A stretch of DNA of 64,000 bases from assembly GCF_001194135.2 (NCBI RefSeq), contig NC_068988.1:28477387-28541386 (forward strand), in the 5' to 3' direction. Origin of the DNA: Octopus bimaculoides. Lineage: Eukaryota. Of the stretch, positions 62,196 to 64,000 are shown one piece after another (the stretch's first letter is position 1; each line of letters starts with the position of its first letter). The notes under the pieces are model-generated. The model saw only the letters and a list, made by a program, of their open reading frames with translations, did not search any database and was not told the origin of the DNA. The translations under genes and the position numbers were made by a program.

Positions 62196-62277
62196 CAGAT
62201 TGTTTAACAAAGAAAATCACTGAGAACAGGACAAAAGTAAAGTAAAATATAAAAAAAAAAGAGACTGGGGCTGACAG

Positions 62278-62575
<298 letters not shown>

Positions 62576-62783
62576 GTTTGCCTCCAGCGCCAAAACATAT
62601 TGTTGCTAAAACAGGCTGGATGTCCAGTCAGCCATATAAAAACTTCAGCATTCAAGTAGTCACGTCCAATCATCTCAAACCAACCTATATTTAAATAGCT
62701 GGCCAGTTATCCTTTTATTGCTGTAATGAAGCTAAAGTCAAGTAAATTGTTATCACACACACATAAAAAAAAGAGCAACTTAC

Positions 62784-62858
62784 TTTAACTGGAGATGGAA
62801 CACTTGGAGTTTCAGTGTGTCCTAACTGTCCATAAGCATTGAAACCCCATGAGAAAAC
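62784..62858 (-). CDS. ALS2: Alsin exon, RCC1 (VFSWGFNAYGQLGHTETPSVPSPVK)
   Basis: tctttgtag/gtaagt; V.SWG.N..GQLG motif. Confidence 0.95.
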
Positions 62859-63723
62859 CTACAAAGAAAAAGACATTATTTTACAACCTAAGTTTCAAGC
62901 TAATGGAAGATAGTAATCATGTAAAGTAAATATAACAAATAATCCAGAATCCTTGTCTGGTACCGGATCAATCCCAAAGTCTAATTAGTTTGTACCAGTC
63001 ACAAGGTCAAACATACCTGAAAGTTTCATCTGAATCCATCCAGTGGTTCTTGAGATATCTTGTCCATAGACAAACAAACATGACTGAAAACAGTACCTCC
63101 GCCTTCACTAAGGCGGAGGTAATAATAATAATTATAGAGGAAACAGGCATAAAACCCAGTTTAATACAGCTCCAGAAAACAGTGTTACTAGGGACAGTTA
63201 AGATACTTAGGAGGGTTCTTGGTATCTAAGGTTACTTGTTGTAGTCTGATGTTAGGAATTTTTCTTTCCCAAAAGTCTAATCTGTTGTGAGTATATGAAT
63301 AATAATAAAAATCATAACTTTAAATTTTGGCACAAGGCCAGCAATTTTAGGGGAGGGGTTATGTTGATTACATTAATCCTAGTGTTCAACTGGTGCTTAT
63401 TTTATCGACCCAGAAAGAATGAAGGGCAAAGCCGACCTTGGCAGAATTTGAACTGAGAACGTAAAGAAGGACAAAATGCCGCTAAAAGTATTTTGCCTGG
63501 CATGCTTAATGATTCTGCCAGCTCAGCACCTTTACAGTAATAATAATGAATGATAATAATAATCTTTTTTACTATAGGCATAAGGGCCTGAAATATAGGA
63601 GAGGGTGACTAGTCAATACATCAACCCCAATTTCATTAACCCCGAAAGGACAAAAGCCAAAGTCGACCTTGGTGAAATTTGAACTCAGAACATAAAGACA
63701 GACGGAATGCCAGATAATAAATA

Positions 63724-63765
<42 letters not shown>

Positions 63766-63814
63766 GTGGTGATGGTGATGATGATGACGATGATGATAAA
63801 TAAAAGCATATTAC

Positions 63815-63911
63815 CTGTGAATAGGCTGTGAGTGCCAAGCAGTGGTTAGAACCAGCAACAACTTTGGTGCAATTCTTAGAATTCAATGTCTTGACACAGC
63901 GTGGTATGTCA
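63815..63911 (-). CDS. ALS2: Alsin exon, RCC1 repeat (DIPRCVKTLNSKNCTKVVAGSNHCLALTAYSQ); gene 5' end right of the window
   Basis: ttccttag/gtaata; AG..H.LALT RCC1 motif. Confidence 0.93.
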
Positions 63912-64000
63912 CTAAGGAATCAAAATATATGAACGATATAATTTATTTCTTTTTTCTTTTTTTGTAGGAAACATTTAAAAAAAAAACTTTCTCAAAATAC

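Overview
AT-rich eukaryotic DNA dense in SINEs and microsatellites. The repeat landscape suggests an octopus/cephalopod genome (inference). Three spliced genes were reconstructed by hand, and all intron phases are consistent. COPS8 (- strand) has exons 1-5 in the window, a GC-AG first intron, and a 3' end beyond the left edge. RNPC3/U11-U12-65K (+ strand) has 14 coding exons (471 aa), and its last intron is a clear U12-type intron. ALS2/alsin (- strand) has 29 exons covering RCC1-DH-PH-MORN-VPS9 (about 1123 aa), with its 5' end beyond the right edge. The top lead is a roughly 137-nt U11-snRNA-like segment about 120 nt upstream of RNPC3's first coding ATG, with the U11 5' end, hairpins and an Sm-like site, but it lacks the canonical junction helix. 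Also found: two intronic hairpins, several MITEs, a deleted Tc1/mariner, RTE and R4/Dong-like LINE remnants, and six assembly gaps.
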